The notes beneath the pieces are model-generated. The model did not search any database, had not been told where the DNA came from, and saw only the letters and a list, made by a program, of their open reading frames with translations. From Catajapyx aquilonaris (lineage: Eukaryota), in assembly GCA_000934665.2 (NCBI GenBank), contig JYFJ02004062.1, forward strand, positions 1-35,120: 35,120 nucleotides of DNA. Reading direction: 5' to 3'. Shown one piece after another: positions 24,401-35,120 of the stretch. A program made the translations under genes and the position numbers. The stretch's first letter is position 1. Each line of letters opens with the position of its first letter.

Positions 24401-27400
24401 CGTTAGAGATGCGTCAAATTCCGGTCCGACGTAGGGCTAACTAGGCGGCCTAGAGGGGGCATAGAAAAAAAAATATAAAATAAGTGAAAGTGGATCGTCC
24501 CAGTGTAGTAAGTAATTGTACAGGTTGTGTAGAAGAGGCAGCTAGTAGAAATGTGTGGGAACAACATGGGTTGGCAAGCTCAGGGTGCCCTCCACACAGC
24601 CGGCCAACATTCATCATGCCATTGACTTGTTATATGGCTCGAAACCTCCCCCTGCCCACTCCCACCTCTATCTTCGTATTATAGTGTCCGATGGGATGCC
24701 TACCTTCTTAGGAATAAGATATAACCGGGCTTCCAGCACCCTATGTCTATGCACATTGGTCACCGGACAGACGGACTTACAACTTCATTATTTATTTACA
24801 GCACTGTACAGTGACTTGTAACATATTTTTGGGCGAGACGGTACAGCATCAGGAGCATTGTATTCTACGGCATAAAAAGTAGATCTGCTTCACATTTTGC
24901 GCGGTTCATTTGGTGGACCTGAGGATGGTGCTCCATAAAAGGCATGCTCTTTGGCCCTGACACTCATGGCCTCTCCGACTACTTAACTTGCATTCGTTTC
25001 GCTGGTTTAACGATCAGTTCACTTTTTTCTCTCTCGGCCAACAAATAAAAATTCAACGACCCTCATAAGCTTCCATCTTCATTAAAATAATGTCTGGAGT
25101 ACACGGGTCACTTCTTTTCTCTTACGCTAAGATGGATTTACGCCCGCCATTACTACTTCAGTCTTAATAGTCATAAGTGTCAAGGATAAATTTGAGTTTG
25201 GGTACAGATATCCGATATCCTTGCAACGAGTCCTACCGGATGTCTCTGAGTTATGTATCAATTCGTGCTCCGGCATACAAGTGCCTGTATGTATGATTGT
25301 TTTATGCCAATTAATTTCACGTTACCTCGCTTCAACATGGTATTATCCACTTTTTGTACTCGAAATGGCTGCCTTGGCTCTTACATTACGTGGATAAAAT
25401 TCCCAACCATTACAATTAGTACCGACGTCACAATGGATACCAATATTATAACTGACAATTAAAAACTTGCGACCATTCTCCATATTAGTCCCTGAATCGT
25501 CGAACCCCCAACATTTGACATATCATGACCGTCCATTCGGAAATACCAACATCTGCGACAATTTCCCTTCACAACTCCACCGCAGTCTATAAATCCGGTG
25601 TCCATAGATAAGTGACCCAATTGGGTCGACAGGATGGAGTGTTTCAAGCCTGACATGTGACGAGCCTAAATAAATACCCGCATATAAATATTGCGCTAAC
25701 GATGCTTATCCCGAACCATCGATGGCCAGCCAGCACATGCATCACCATTAATTATTTTATCTGACCAGATCGGCATCACATATGCAGTGTTAATTTGATC
25801 GGAAATAAAAATAATTGGAGTATTAGTGGGCCGTGGGCGCGGAATAGGATATCTGAAGCATCTCATTAGATGTCGGCCCCCAGAATCCAAGGAGTAAGTT
25901 GGGAAGGAAAGGGGGCAAAATGAAGAAAAGCCGGAGATGTCCAGTGCACACACGCAATTAAATGGCGCGCAGGAATGTTGAGGAGGGCAGTAAATAACAT
26001 TATCCGAGGCTATCTAGAAGGCGATCCTGGAAAAGGGCGCGGGAATCGATCGGCCCAAAGGATTAATCAAAGGGATTTATGAGCTCTCATATTGGATGCG
26101 AAGGTTATTTACATTCCTATCGATGACTCTGAATGGCGTTGCGGGGGTGCCCCTCCCACCCATTTGTGAAGGGGGATCACACAAATACTCAGAAATCGTC
26201 TCGTACAACTGGTCCAGGTCATTCGATGGGTCAATAACCCCCAAAACAACGTTGACTCAAATGGACCTGGATAGAAACCTAAAGCAAATCAATTTGGCCA
26301 GCTGCTGTCACCATGGGTCGCGCGCTTAGACCATTATCGGCCAGGACTGGTCAAAATTGTGTCCTCGCTGCTTTCGACCCTTTATTTACTAACAAGGTGC
26401 GTGGCAAATTGATGGGCTGCTTGGCTCTAATTTTGAGATAGCCATCACCACTCGAGATCTAACCTAGATTTAAATACGTATACATTGTTTCCCCATAGTA
26501 GTGTCTACAGACTACGCGATTTTTCCTCACCCGGCAGACGTGGTCAGAAATATTTATGAGAAGTTGCGCCTATAAATCGCAGGCTGAATTGAATTTTAAA
26601 AGGCCAACTCGCCTGATTTACTATTCAGCTCTGACACGGTTGAGTGGCACACGTTCTCTGCACATCCTTGACATTTAAGTGGCCCCTACACGTCTGAACA
26701 CGTGGTCAGTCAGACAGTACTGTAACGAAGCCAATCGTAAGACTGCCCGGCCTACAGTTTTACGGCCCCCACTACATGCAGTTACTGTCGTCCGAATCAA
26801 AAGTTGTTGTCCAAAAAATCGGGGTGTGTTGGCCCCCTTTTTTCCTCCCCCTGACACATTCCGACTTCCACCTGTTGCAATGGACAACCTGGGCCGCTGA
26901 TGGAGAAATAATGGCTGGGCCTGAAGCACCCCCTTGCTCGCCCCTTACCCCATCACGGCAATCAAGCCATTCAAATCAAAGGCTGATCCCATCCGACAGA
27001 TTGATTCCGGCTTTCCTTTTTCACTAGCCCGTGATTGGCATCTCAATTGGTTTCAATCCATGCTTCACTTGCAAGCAAATTGAAAATTACCTCCGATCCC
27101 GTTACTAGGCTTCATCCCAATCGCTAGACGGCAATATCTATTTCATGCATGTTCACAAAAGCCAGTTCATAGAGTACGTCACGTTAGTAGAGAGTGGGTT
27201 AATACTAGAGCGACAGGCCGTGACAGTCTAAGAAGCCGACAATTAACCTAATGGACGAGCCCGAACATAATCTGAACTATATCCAGATCTGATATAGTTC
27301 AGAGTATGTTTGGGCTCGTCCATCACATTTCGGTCGAAAATGAGTTAAGCATCGCATAGTCCTTGGAATTTCATAAGATATATTAGTCTCGTAGATAGCT

Positions 27401-30400
27401 GAAGGACTAATGGACCATATCATGAAATCAATCCATTACGACTGATAGTTCCGCATTTCAGGTTTCATATACCGTTCCGAATTCAACAAAAATTAGTTGC
27501 TGATTATGAGAAACACCGTTTACATCGAAATAACTATCCCACGCCTGTGCTGAGCTATTAACACAACACTGAAATTGCATTTTCACGGGAGTGCCAGGCG
27601 ACATAAATATTTATTAACTATACAGTGAACCCCCCCTATCAATTTGCTATGTCGCGTGTTTATTAAGATAGCTCCAGAAGAGCAAGTTTTCATCACTTGA
27701 TACACATCTTTATGCAACATTACTTTCTCATCGCGTAAACGCACGAGTTGGACCTGTTTCTTACCCCGGGTATATAAAAACGTCTTAAAAAAGGCGCCTT
27801 GGACCCGAGTCCTCATCACACGCAATTAACTTACACTTCTTACAATCCCAAGGCATATGCACGCAAAAAGCAAATGTGTTCTAGTGAGATGTCTCTCAAT
27901 TTTCGGCCGGATAAGAACGTTGCGCGCTTTTTGAACTCAGCTGGTGCTAACCAGCGCTACGGCGATTCGTCCACGCCAATTGAAAAGTGTCATGTGCATT
28001 ATCATCCATCACGCAAATGTTGACTTTATTCCTCATTACCCGGTGGTGAGAAAAACTTGAAAGGAAAGCTCTACTGGTCTGCGCTGACGAGTTCGCGGGG
28101 TTTTCTCGACACCTGAGAAATTGACTCCAGGTAAGATAAGTCCTGGGCGCAAGTTGGTCTACTTTGCGACCATTAATCCTCAAATGTATCGCAATAACTC
28201 TTTTAAGCGACGAAAGTGTAATCCTGTTACAACAAGACCGGAGCGATTAGTAAGGGAGAATCAAAAGTGGTGCCCAACCTTAGGGGGGGCGGCTATATTT
28301 CTTCTGTGCGATCCTGCTGGTATGCAATTATCCAAATAATTTTGGCCATTTTGTTGCAAGCCTGCTGGCGTGAAACAATCTTCAAAACTGCCGGAAAATT
28401 GGATTTTGATATCAGAGGCGAGTGAAAGCAGGCGCATGCAAGCTATAGCGTTGATGGTCAGAGTTGAAGGGAAGCTCCAAACGGTCCTTTTATAAGGTGT
28501 GAAAAGGCTCTATTCTGGTGGGCCGCGGCATGAGATGGGAATGAGATGGAACACCACTGCGACCTCTGCACCCTGCCCATAAACCCCCCCTTTCTTTAAG
28601 ATTCAACATACGAAGTTTAAAAAAAAAATGCTGCTTTTTTGTGCTCATCTAAATTTTTCTCCCTCCCAATTACAGGTATGTGTTGGAAGACCCGGACACT
28701 GTACTCTTCCCTTCCAGTTCCACAAAAAGGGGAGTGGCAAAAGGCAAACCGCTTGGGAAACATGCAAGAAATGTAAAGGTTACGAACCGGGCACACCACG
28801 GTGGTCCAAAATGATGTATGACCACTATAAGCGCGCACTGATTTGATGTATTAACTGATATCCTACAGGTAGCTATTGTCCCTTTCAAGGTACAGTTTCC
28901 AGCAAAACCATGGTCATTCTCAACACATAAAGTGACGACACTTTGTCCAGCATAAAACATAATTAGGTCCTCCAGCTTATGATAACCAAATATGTGGATT
29001 TCGATCCACATCATTTCTATACATAATATGGTTGTGAAGACGTCATGTGTCCAACAAAGTGCCCAAAAATGGTCATTACTACCTGCCCAATTACGAAGGC
29101 CGAGCACATACAGTGCGTATGTGGTCATCCATCAGCTTTCGCGAGCAGCTTGTATTAAAATAATAAATCCCGAACTTTGTCGTAGAAATGATGGGGGGGG
29201 GGGGGGGGGGGGGGGNGGGGTAGAACCCGTTCTTTCCCTTGAACCTTGATGCAGGCAGGTAGGCAGTTAAGCGTCCCCATTCCGTCAAATGGCCCGAATC
29301 CATCATCATTCCCTTGCCTGCTGGCCATGCCTTTTCGGCCCGCCTTCATATCCCAGCCTCAACACTTGCGCTGTCCCACTCGCTTTCCACTCCTCAAGAG
29401 CTTGATGGACACTTTTCAATCTTTACAGCTGAAGGTACATTTCTTCTAAAGGCTAGACGGCAACACCAGACCTCCACTATAACTAGGTTACCTGATTATG
29501 CCTTTCCCCCATATACACTGCCACTACGCGACCAACTTTCTCAAAGTGTACTTTTTGACTCAAATCTGCACAATAGGTGCCGAAAATTTCATCAGGTACT
29601 ACAAATGGATCTGGAAAATTAGGCATTGTCCCCATTGTTGACAATGTCTAATTTCCCCATATATTTGACGTCCCTAGCGTCCCCAGCGTTTCGGAACATC
29701 CATTCAGAAGAACCGTTCCACCCAAATCCCAAACGTCGAAATATCAATATCCCAACGATATGTCCTGATTGAAATTCAAAGTCTGGTATGCAGAACTCAC
29801 CCATCTCAGCAAATCCATTTTGGGCCGTATAGCTGAACCCTATATGATCACTGCCGCCCGACTGCAAGCATCGCATCTCTTTTCATACCACCGCCCCATT
29901 GGCATCACCTTCAACTTGCTGGAATTACCCCAAGGCTTTCCGGAGGAGATCCGGAAAGTGGCCTGTTGCAGTATAGTATATAGGTATATTGTATATACAC
30001 AAGAGGTGATCAAGGATAATAAGGCGGTTGCCGCGACATCCGGGAAGGAAGGCTATGCGCTTGCATGGGCTGTCGCTGGAACGCAGCCCAGCAGCCTCAG
30101 GAATCATCATCACAAGGAAACCTATTTGGATCAAGGGCGACCCTAAATAGTAATAACAGTAAATAAAGGAGGGTGTATAAAAGAGGTTCCGGAACTTCCC
30201 AAAAAGTGGTGGTCCTCGGCCTAGACCTTCGGGAAAATACGCTCAGCAAACTCTACTCAAGGATATCCAGTGACGACCACGGTCCAGTCCTCCGCAAACA
30301 TCCTTACGTGATGCTACGTGCGATGAGAGAGAAAAAAAAAGTGTGATACTAATAGGGCATAGTCACATAATCTGATTTACATCAGTCCAGCCATAGAGTA

Positions 30401-33400
30401 TACAAAAAAATGCGTAAGTTTTTGGGCTGTCTGTTCGCTGCTTTATGGTCCAACTTGCGTTATCGGTAAATACTAAGAAAAACAACGCTGCTAAACCCAT
30501 GTTTTCAGACGTGACCACCATCCAACACAGCAGGGATGCGTCGACATGAAATAACTAATGCTCCGGTTTCTAAACGGAACAGCTCCACAAATTATCAGTT
30601 CAAGAATTAGTGACCAACGTTCTCAGCCCATTGCTTTATTTGTCGGCCAATTCCTCTTCAGCGTCGGTATTTCAACTAGCCTACTTTTGTCACCGTAGTC
30701 CTAAGCGATTAATAGCACCAAGACTTACAAATGTTCCCTAAAAGTCTGTACTCACGACCTCACACTTCGTGATATCACCGGACGTTTTTATTCGAAATAA
30801 AACAGGCCACTAGTACTCTGCACTATTTCATGTAATAGCTAATAATAGCTAAAATAAAACCAGATATCAGTAGGCCTGACAGCTGAGTACCTGACACCTT
30901 GAGTACAGTAGTGGATGAGACCTTACCACAATAAGTGCAAGAACGGATCACCCTGTTAGGTCATAGAGGTCACCAGCCCGGATAAGGACGGTTCAAACAG
31001 ATTGAATCAAAAGCACGATTTCTGTCAATTTGTTCCCGACTTGCAAATGCGAAAGCTCATGCTCCCGAAAAAAAGGATCCGCACCAAGAGGTACGTATTA
31101 GGGTACCTCCTTCTCGAAATCTATTCGGGAAGACAGAATGATGAGTTGAGCACGATTCTTCCTTTTAGTCTCTGCTCGCTCTTCGCCGAATTTATCGCGA
31201 ATAAGAAAGCGCCCAGTGCCCCTTTCACTATATAACCCCAGCCAGAATTACAACCTATATGAGACACCCTCATTAACATTCGTGGTAGGAACGCACATGG
31301 AATCCTACGCACTGTCGCCAATATTTCTTCAACGGGATGTGATTTCTTTCCAATAAGTATGTGCTTGCGTGGGTTGGATGGACACATATGCATTCACATG
31401 CAGAGAGGTATGCACTAAACGTGATGAGTGGAGAATATCTCTGATGCCAGCTCAAGTGGAAAGTGTAGTCATATCAAAATCATATGGGCATCAGCCAAAC
31501 ACAATTGAGCGCCGCTGTGACTCATGGTTGATGTGGATCTGACAATAATACGTGTCGTATGTCTATAGTGAAACGTGAATCGCAACGCAAATTAGACGGG
31601 CTTGTTCATCTGTACTGAGAAGGTGCATTCAAAATGATGTGCCTATATACGTTTTTAAAATATATACCTATTGTTGGAGGGACACAATGTAATACCAGGA
31701 GTCAGGAGAGTCAACGTACCAACATATCCACCGACGATACGGATGTGAGCTCAATTCTGATACACACGGTTCAAGTTCAACTCTTTACGCATACGATTTT
31801 TTTTGTATGTATCAACACAATACGGCTATCTGAATATTTATCTGCCAAGTTAATGCATTTGTCCTTTTTTAAAAAATAATTTAAACCACGAAGGTAACAC
31901 AGCAAAGTTGATTTCGCGATCGTCAATCCGCATCGACGCATTTTCACTCCACCAGGGATTGAATCTCGAAACCCTAACTAAATTGAAAATGCAGAAAATG
32001 GCCCTTATTCGCGTCCCCAAAATAGTTAAAAATGCAGGATAATCCCCAATTAAATGGCACTTTCGTGTACTGACCACCACGAAAGGTGCTAAACCTCTGA
32101 AAAAAATACCAGAAACGCCATACACTACTGGTGTATTTCAAAAAGCCCGAATATATCAATAGGGTCTAAATTACATAATCGTAAGTATAGCTTACAGGCC
32201 CTACCACCTTCCCGAACTCGCTTATACAGTTACACAATGCCTCTTCTTTGGACATTATGAGCGTTTTTAAAAATGAGACCCAAGCCACGTAATTAGCTAC
32301 GATGAAACTGTGGTATAAAGTCTTTCCTCAAAGGTGAACACACCTGCCACCTGTTGAGCGAAGAAAATTCCCGAGATGTACTCGCAAGCCTGTCCTTGCC
32401 ACACACAGCAGGTAAAATGGGAGGAAAGGGTACTACTGCGAGTTAAAAATTAATTTTCTATTAGCAATATTAATACAGTATGTAGTTTTGTAAATGATAA
32501 AACCTGCACCAAGGGATATTTGATTAATCTGCTTCACATAAAAACTCCTGCAAACAAAAACTTGCCAAATCTATGTATATGTATATCATGTACTGCCATG
32601 AGCAAAAGGTGAATGTAAAATAAAGGAAATTACTGCGTAGCAACTATAATGACATTTTAAAATAATAATTTTCCTATATGGAGTGGTAGGTCATATCTCG
32701 TGTGGATGTCACATATTCCAGTTCAAGGCAGGCCTATGACAGAGTTGGTGAAGTTATTTGGTTACTACATGTGCTATTTTGGGTCACATGAGAATTCAAA
32801 ACAACCCTTCACAATTTCTCAGCTTTCTAGGATGCATTTTCAGAGCAGGAATGTTCACTCACAAACATGTCCCAAGCCTGAGCTTTTTTGTCTTGCATTT
32901 GTGCAGGGCTGTATAATCTCTCTCTGGCTCTGTCTCAGGTAACCATATGGCGAAAGTCACTAAAAGGCCAGTCGCATTTCCCCTCCCAGTCATTGCTCCC
33001 TGTTCACTGTACCCAGGTTATGGAAAAGAACTGAGCTTTGAGCAACTTTTAGTAAATGTATTGTGCACAATGCTTGTTAAGGTTTGTACAGGGTGATTAC
33101 AAATGAATAGTATAATTACAAATGCATATAGCTCCGTACCTATCAACCGTACATGAACGTGTTATACACCAAATGAAAGAGGAGGTTTTAAAGTTTTTTT
33201 CCTGCCTTAGAAATGTTCTATATGATTTCCATTGGTCACTCGAGAAACGTCGATCCGATAGTGCAATTCCTCCCATACTCGTGCCAGCATGTTCGTTGTC
33301 ACTGACTCAACCGCAGTAACAATGCACTGGCCTTCAGATGTTCGCCAGTTTCTGAACAATGTGCTCCTTCGTCGTTGGATAGGTCGCAGTGACCAGCAAG

Positions 33401-34594
33401 ACTTGTCGCTTTACTGCTGGCCCCCAAGGTCGCCGGATTTGACGCCATGCGACTTCTTCCTTTGGGGGTACGTTAAGGATGCTATGTACGAGCCACCGAT
33501 GCCAACAACCCTGGATGAACTCAAACATCGCATTGTTGCTGCGGTTGAGTCAGTGACAACGGACATGCTGGCACGAGTATGGGAGGAATTGCACTATCGG
33601 ATCGACATTTCTCGAGTGACCAAGGGAAGTCATATAGAACATTTATAAGGTATGAAATAAACTTCAAAACCTCCTCTTTCATTTGGTGTATAACACGTTC
33701 ATGTGCGGTTGATAGGTACGGAGCTATATGCATTTGTAATTATACTATTCATTTGTAATCACCCTGTATATCACCCTGTTATTTATCATCACCATCATCA
33801 TCAGGTCAAGAAAATTCAGGAAGCTCTTCCATTCTTCATTATTTGGCACATGGGTGGGGTGGAACTAAGCATTTGGGACTTTATGTGCTTAAGTTGCATG
33901 GTATCTTCCTCAAAGAAATGCCCATGAATGTTGTTTGAAAGAGAAAAGAATGAAAAAAGTTTCGTAACCTACCTTTGGACTTAAGAGCTTCTTTTGCATA
34001 CGGAATGACCTCCCATGGCTTAGGCAGATCTAGGAAGACAGAATCTGCAACTCCCTGTAGTCCAAATCCATCCTTGCAAACATCTCGCTGCTGCACAGTC
34101 ACTAGGTGTTGCAAACCATGTTCTGCAAATTCATCCTTTACAAGCTGGACTCTGTGCTCATGGAAGTCAAATGTGTAAAGGTGCCCATTTGGTGCCAGGC
34201 TCCGCAGGATGGCATGAGAAAGAGATCCACTTCCAGTTCCTGCTTCAACAACAATGCTCCCAGGGCTTATTTCCAAGTAAAGAGTAACCAGGCTTATGTC
34301 TGGAGTGTATAAAATTTGAGTCCTGTGTGGGAGGGTCAACGTCCACAGTTCTGGCGTTGGATGGAGGACATAGGCCCATCCTTTACTGAGTTGTATGCAG
34401 CTTCCAAATTTTTTACCAGCAAGATCCTTAACTTTGAGTGCTCCAAAGTTGGTCTGGAACACATTTTCAACCATCACGCCTTTCTTGTTGCGAAGGCGGG
34501 GTACCACCTTTATGGCATGCATTGAAGTTATGGTCACATATAGGATGACAGTGTCGCCCTCTTCTATCACCTCCTTGTGTGCTGTGAAACTCAT
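15166..34594 (-). CDS. TRMT61A: tRNA (adenine-58-N1)-methyltransferase catalytic subunit, ~364 aa; complement(join(15166..15474,20823..20986,33973..34594))
   Basis: Exon 1: PTPELWTLTLPHRTQILYTPDIS, VVEAGTGSGSLSHA, VFLDLPKPW; exon 2: GGRLCSFSPCIEQVQRT; exon 3: GHTGYLTFA. Introns 20987..33972 (phase 1) and 15475..20822 (phase 0), both GT-AG; 1095 nt in total. Confidence 0.93.
16251..16475. mobile_element. hAT (Buster/Charlie-like) MITE in TRMT61A intron 2
   Basis: CAGTGGTTCCCAACCT ... AGGTTGAGAACCACT; left flank atcTAatg, right flank aatg (consistent with a 5-nt deletion across the TIR/TSD junction); GGCCGCGACCC near both ends; internal (ATTT)n. Confidence 0.8.
17044..17095. repeat. Perfect 52-bp palindrome
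   Basis: ACAAATTTGTCAAAATCGTTTAAGTA|TACTTAAACGATTTTGACAAATTTGT. Confidence 0.95.
20823..20986 (-). CDS. TRMT61A: TRMT61A coding exon 2
   Basis: tttcag|GGRLCSFSPCIEQVQRT...NPPPK|gtacag. Confidence 0.9.
27251..27323. repeat. Near-perfect 73-bp palindrome, possibly a TTAA-flanked MITE remnant
   Basis: ATGGACGAGCCCGAACATAATCTGAACTATATCCAGA|TCTGATATAGTTCAGAGTATGTTTGGGCTCGTCCAT (2 mismatches, 1 bulge); TTAA at 27243 and 27345. Confidence 0.85.
29193..29220 (+). repeat. Poly-G tract (~28 nt, one N)
   Basis: Directly visible; length unreliable because of the ambiguous base. Confidence 0.8.
33089..33766 (+). mobile_element. Non-autonomous fold-back Tc1/mariner (rosa/DD41D-related) element with 237-bp inverted arms
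   Basis: TA|CAGGGTGATTAC...GTAATCACCCTG|TA; arms 33089..33325 and 33530..33766; contains transposase C-terminus. Confidence 0.95.
33325..33648 (+). pseudogene. C-terminal fragment of an IS630-Tc1-mariner transposase
   Basis: HWPSDVRQFLN...RWIGR...WPPRSPDLTPCDFFLWGYVKD...LDELKHRI...GSHIEHL*; DNA-binding domain and first two catalytic Asp residues absent. Confidence 0.9.
33973..34594 (-). CDS. TRMT61A: TRMT61A coding exon 1 (N-terminal domain and SAM-binding motif)
   Basis: MSFTAHKEVIEEGD...EAGTGSGSLSH...DLPKPW...LKSKG|gtaggt. Confidence 0.95.
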
Positions 34595-35120
34595 GCTGCC
34601 ATGGTCAAGAGGGCCAATAAGAAAATTTATGAGCAAAAAATAAATGCTTCACACATGGTACCAGTAAAATAGTACTTTTAAAATTACAGGACATCAAGAA
34701 GAAAAAAAAGATCTACAACATTTTAACTCATGCATATCTACACTATAACAATTACCCACATATGATTATTCTAAAGGCATACATCACGCACCCAATCCAG
34801 CACCTTATTCACACCAGAGATTCCCCAACTCTATAGGTGGATTATGCATGGTATTTACTTGCTCTGATCTGAAAATATTGGGACACCCCCAAAAAATGGA
34901 GTGGTGGGGTTATACACAGGATGTGATAAAAAGTTTCCATTAAGATTATCTGGACTTTAGAATGGATAATTATGAATAGTAACAATTGAGCTAGGAGGAT
35001 ACCAAATTTGAAGTTCATTTGAAAGTTAACAACTGAAATAAATACGATTATACCTTGGACAGTGAATTTCTGTGGGGTCTGGTAAAAATTGCTGCCACTA
35101 TGTTAATTTCTTACTTAGCG

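Noticed and set aside
28670..30146. ORFs of 125-152 aa in TRMT61A intron 1 as a nested gene
   Set aside because: No recognisable domain, no coherent exon chain, and composition typical of random ORFs.
30355..30380. miR-153-like stretch GCATAGTCACA
   Set aside because: The 5' seed bases differ, the 3' half mismatches and there is no precursor-length hairpin.

Overview
Spliceosomal-intron-containing animal (invertebrate, probably arthropod-like; species not determinable) genomic DNA. Four protein-coding genes can be reconstructed exon by exon with consistent intron phases: a short, divergent TOPORS-like RING E3 ligase (+, 137..2693), a TMEM216/TMEM80-family ciliary transition-zone protein (+, 5702..6476), the PAPS transporter SLC35B2/slalom (-, 6681..10174) and the tRNA m1A58 methyltransferase catalytic subunit TRMT61A (-, 15166..34594). 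TRMT61A is stretched over 19.4 kb by two very large (13.0 and 5.3 kb), CpG-rich introns with no recognisable nested gene, which look like regulatory DNA. Non-coding features include many MITEs (Tc1/mariner, pogo-like, hAT/Buster-like, PIF/Harbinger-like), a fold-back mariner derivative with 237-bp arms built from the transposase 3' end, a ~79-bp tandem array just past the TRMT61A stop in which the unit carries a poly(A) signal and a 20-bp palindrome, and several long near-perfect palindromes. No rRNA, tRNA or CRISPR array was found. All motif counts were made by eye.
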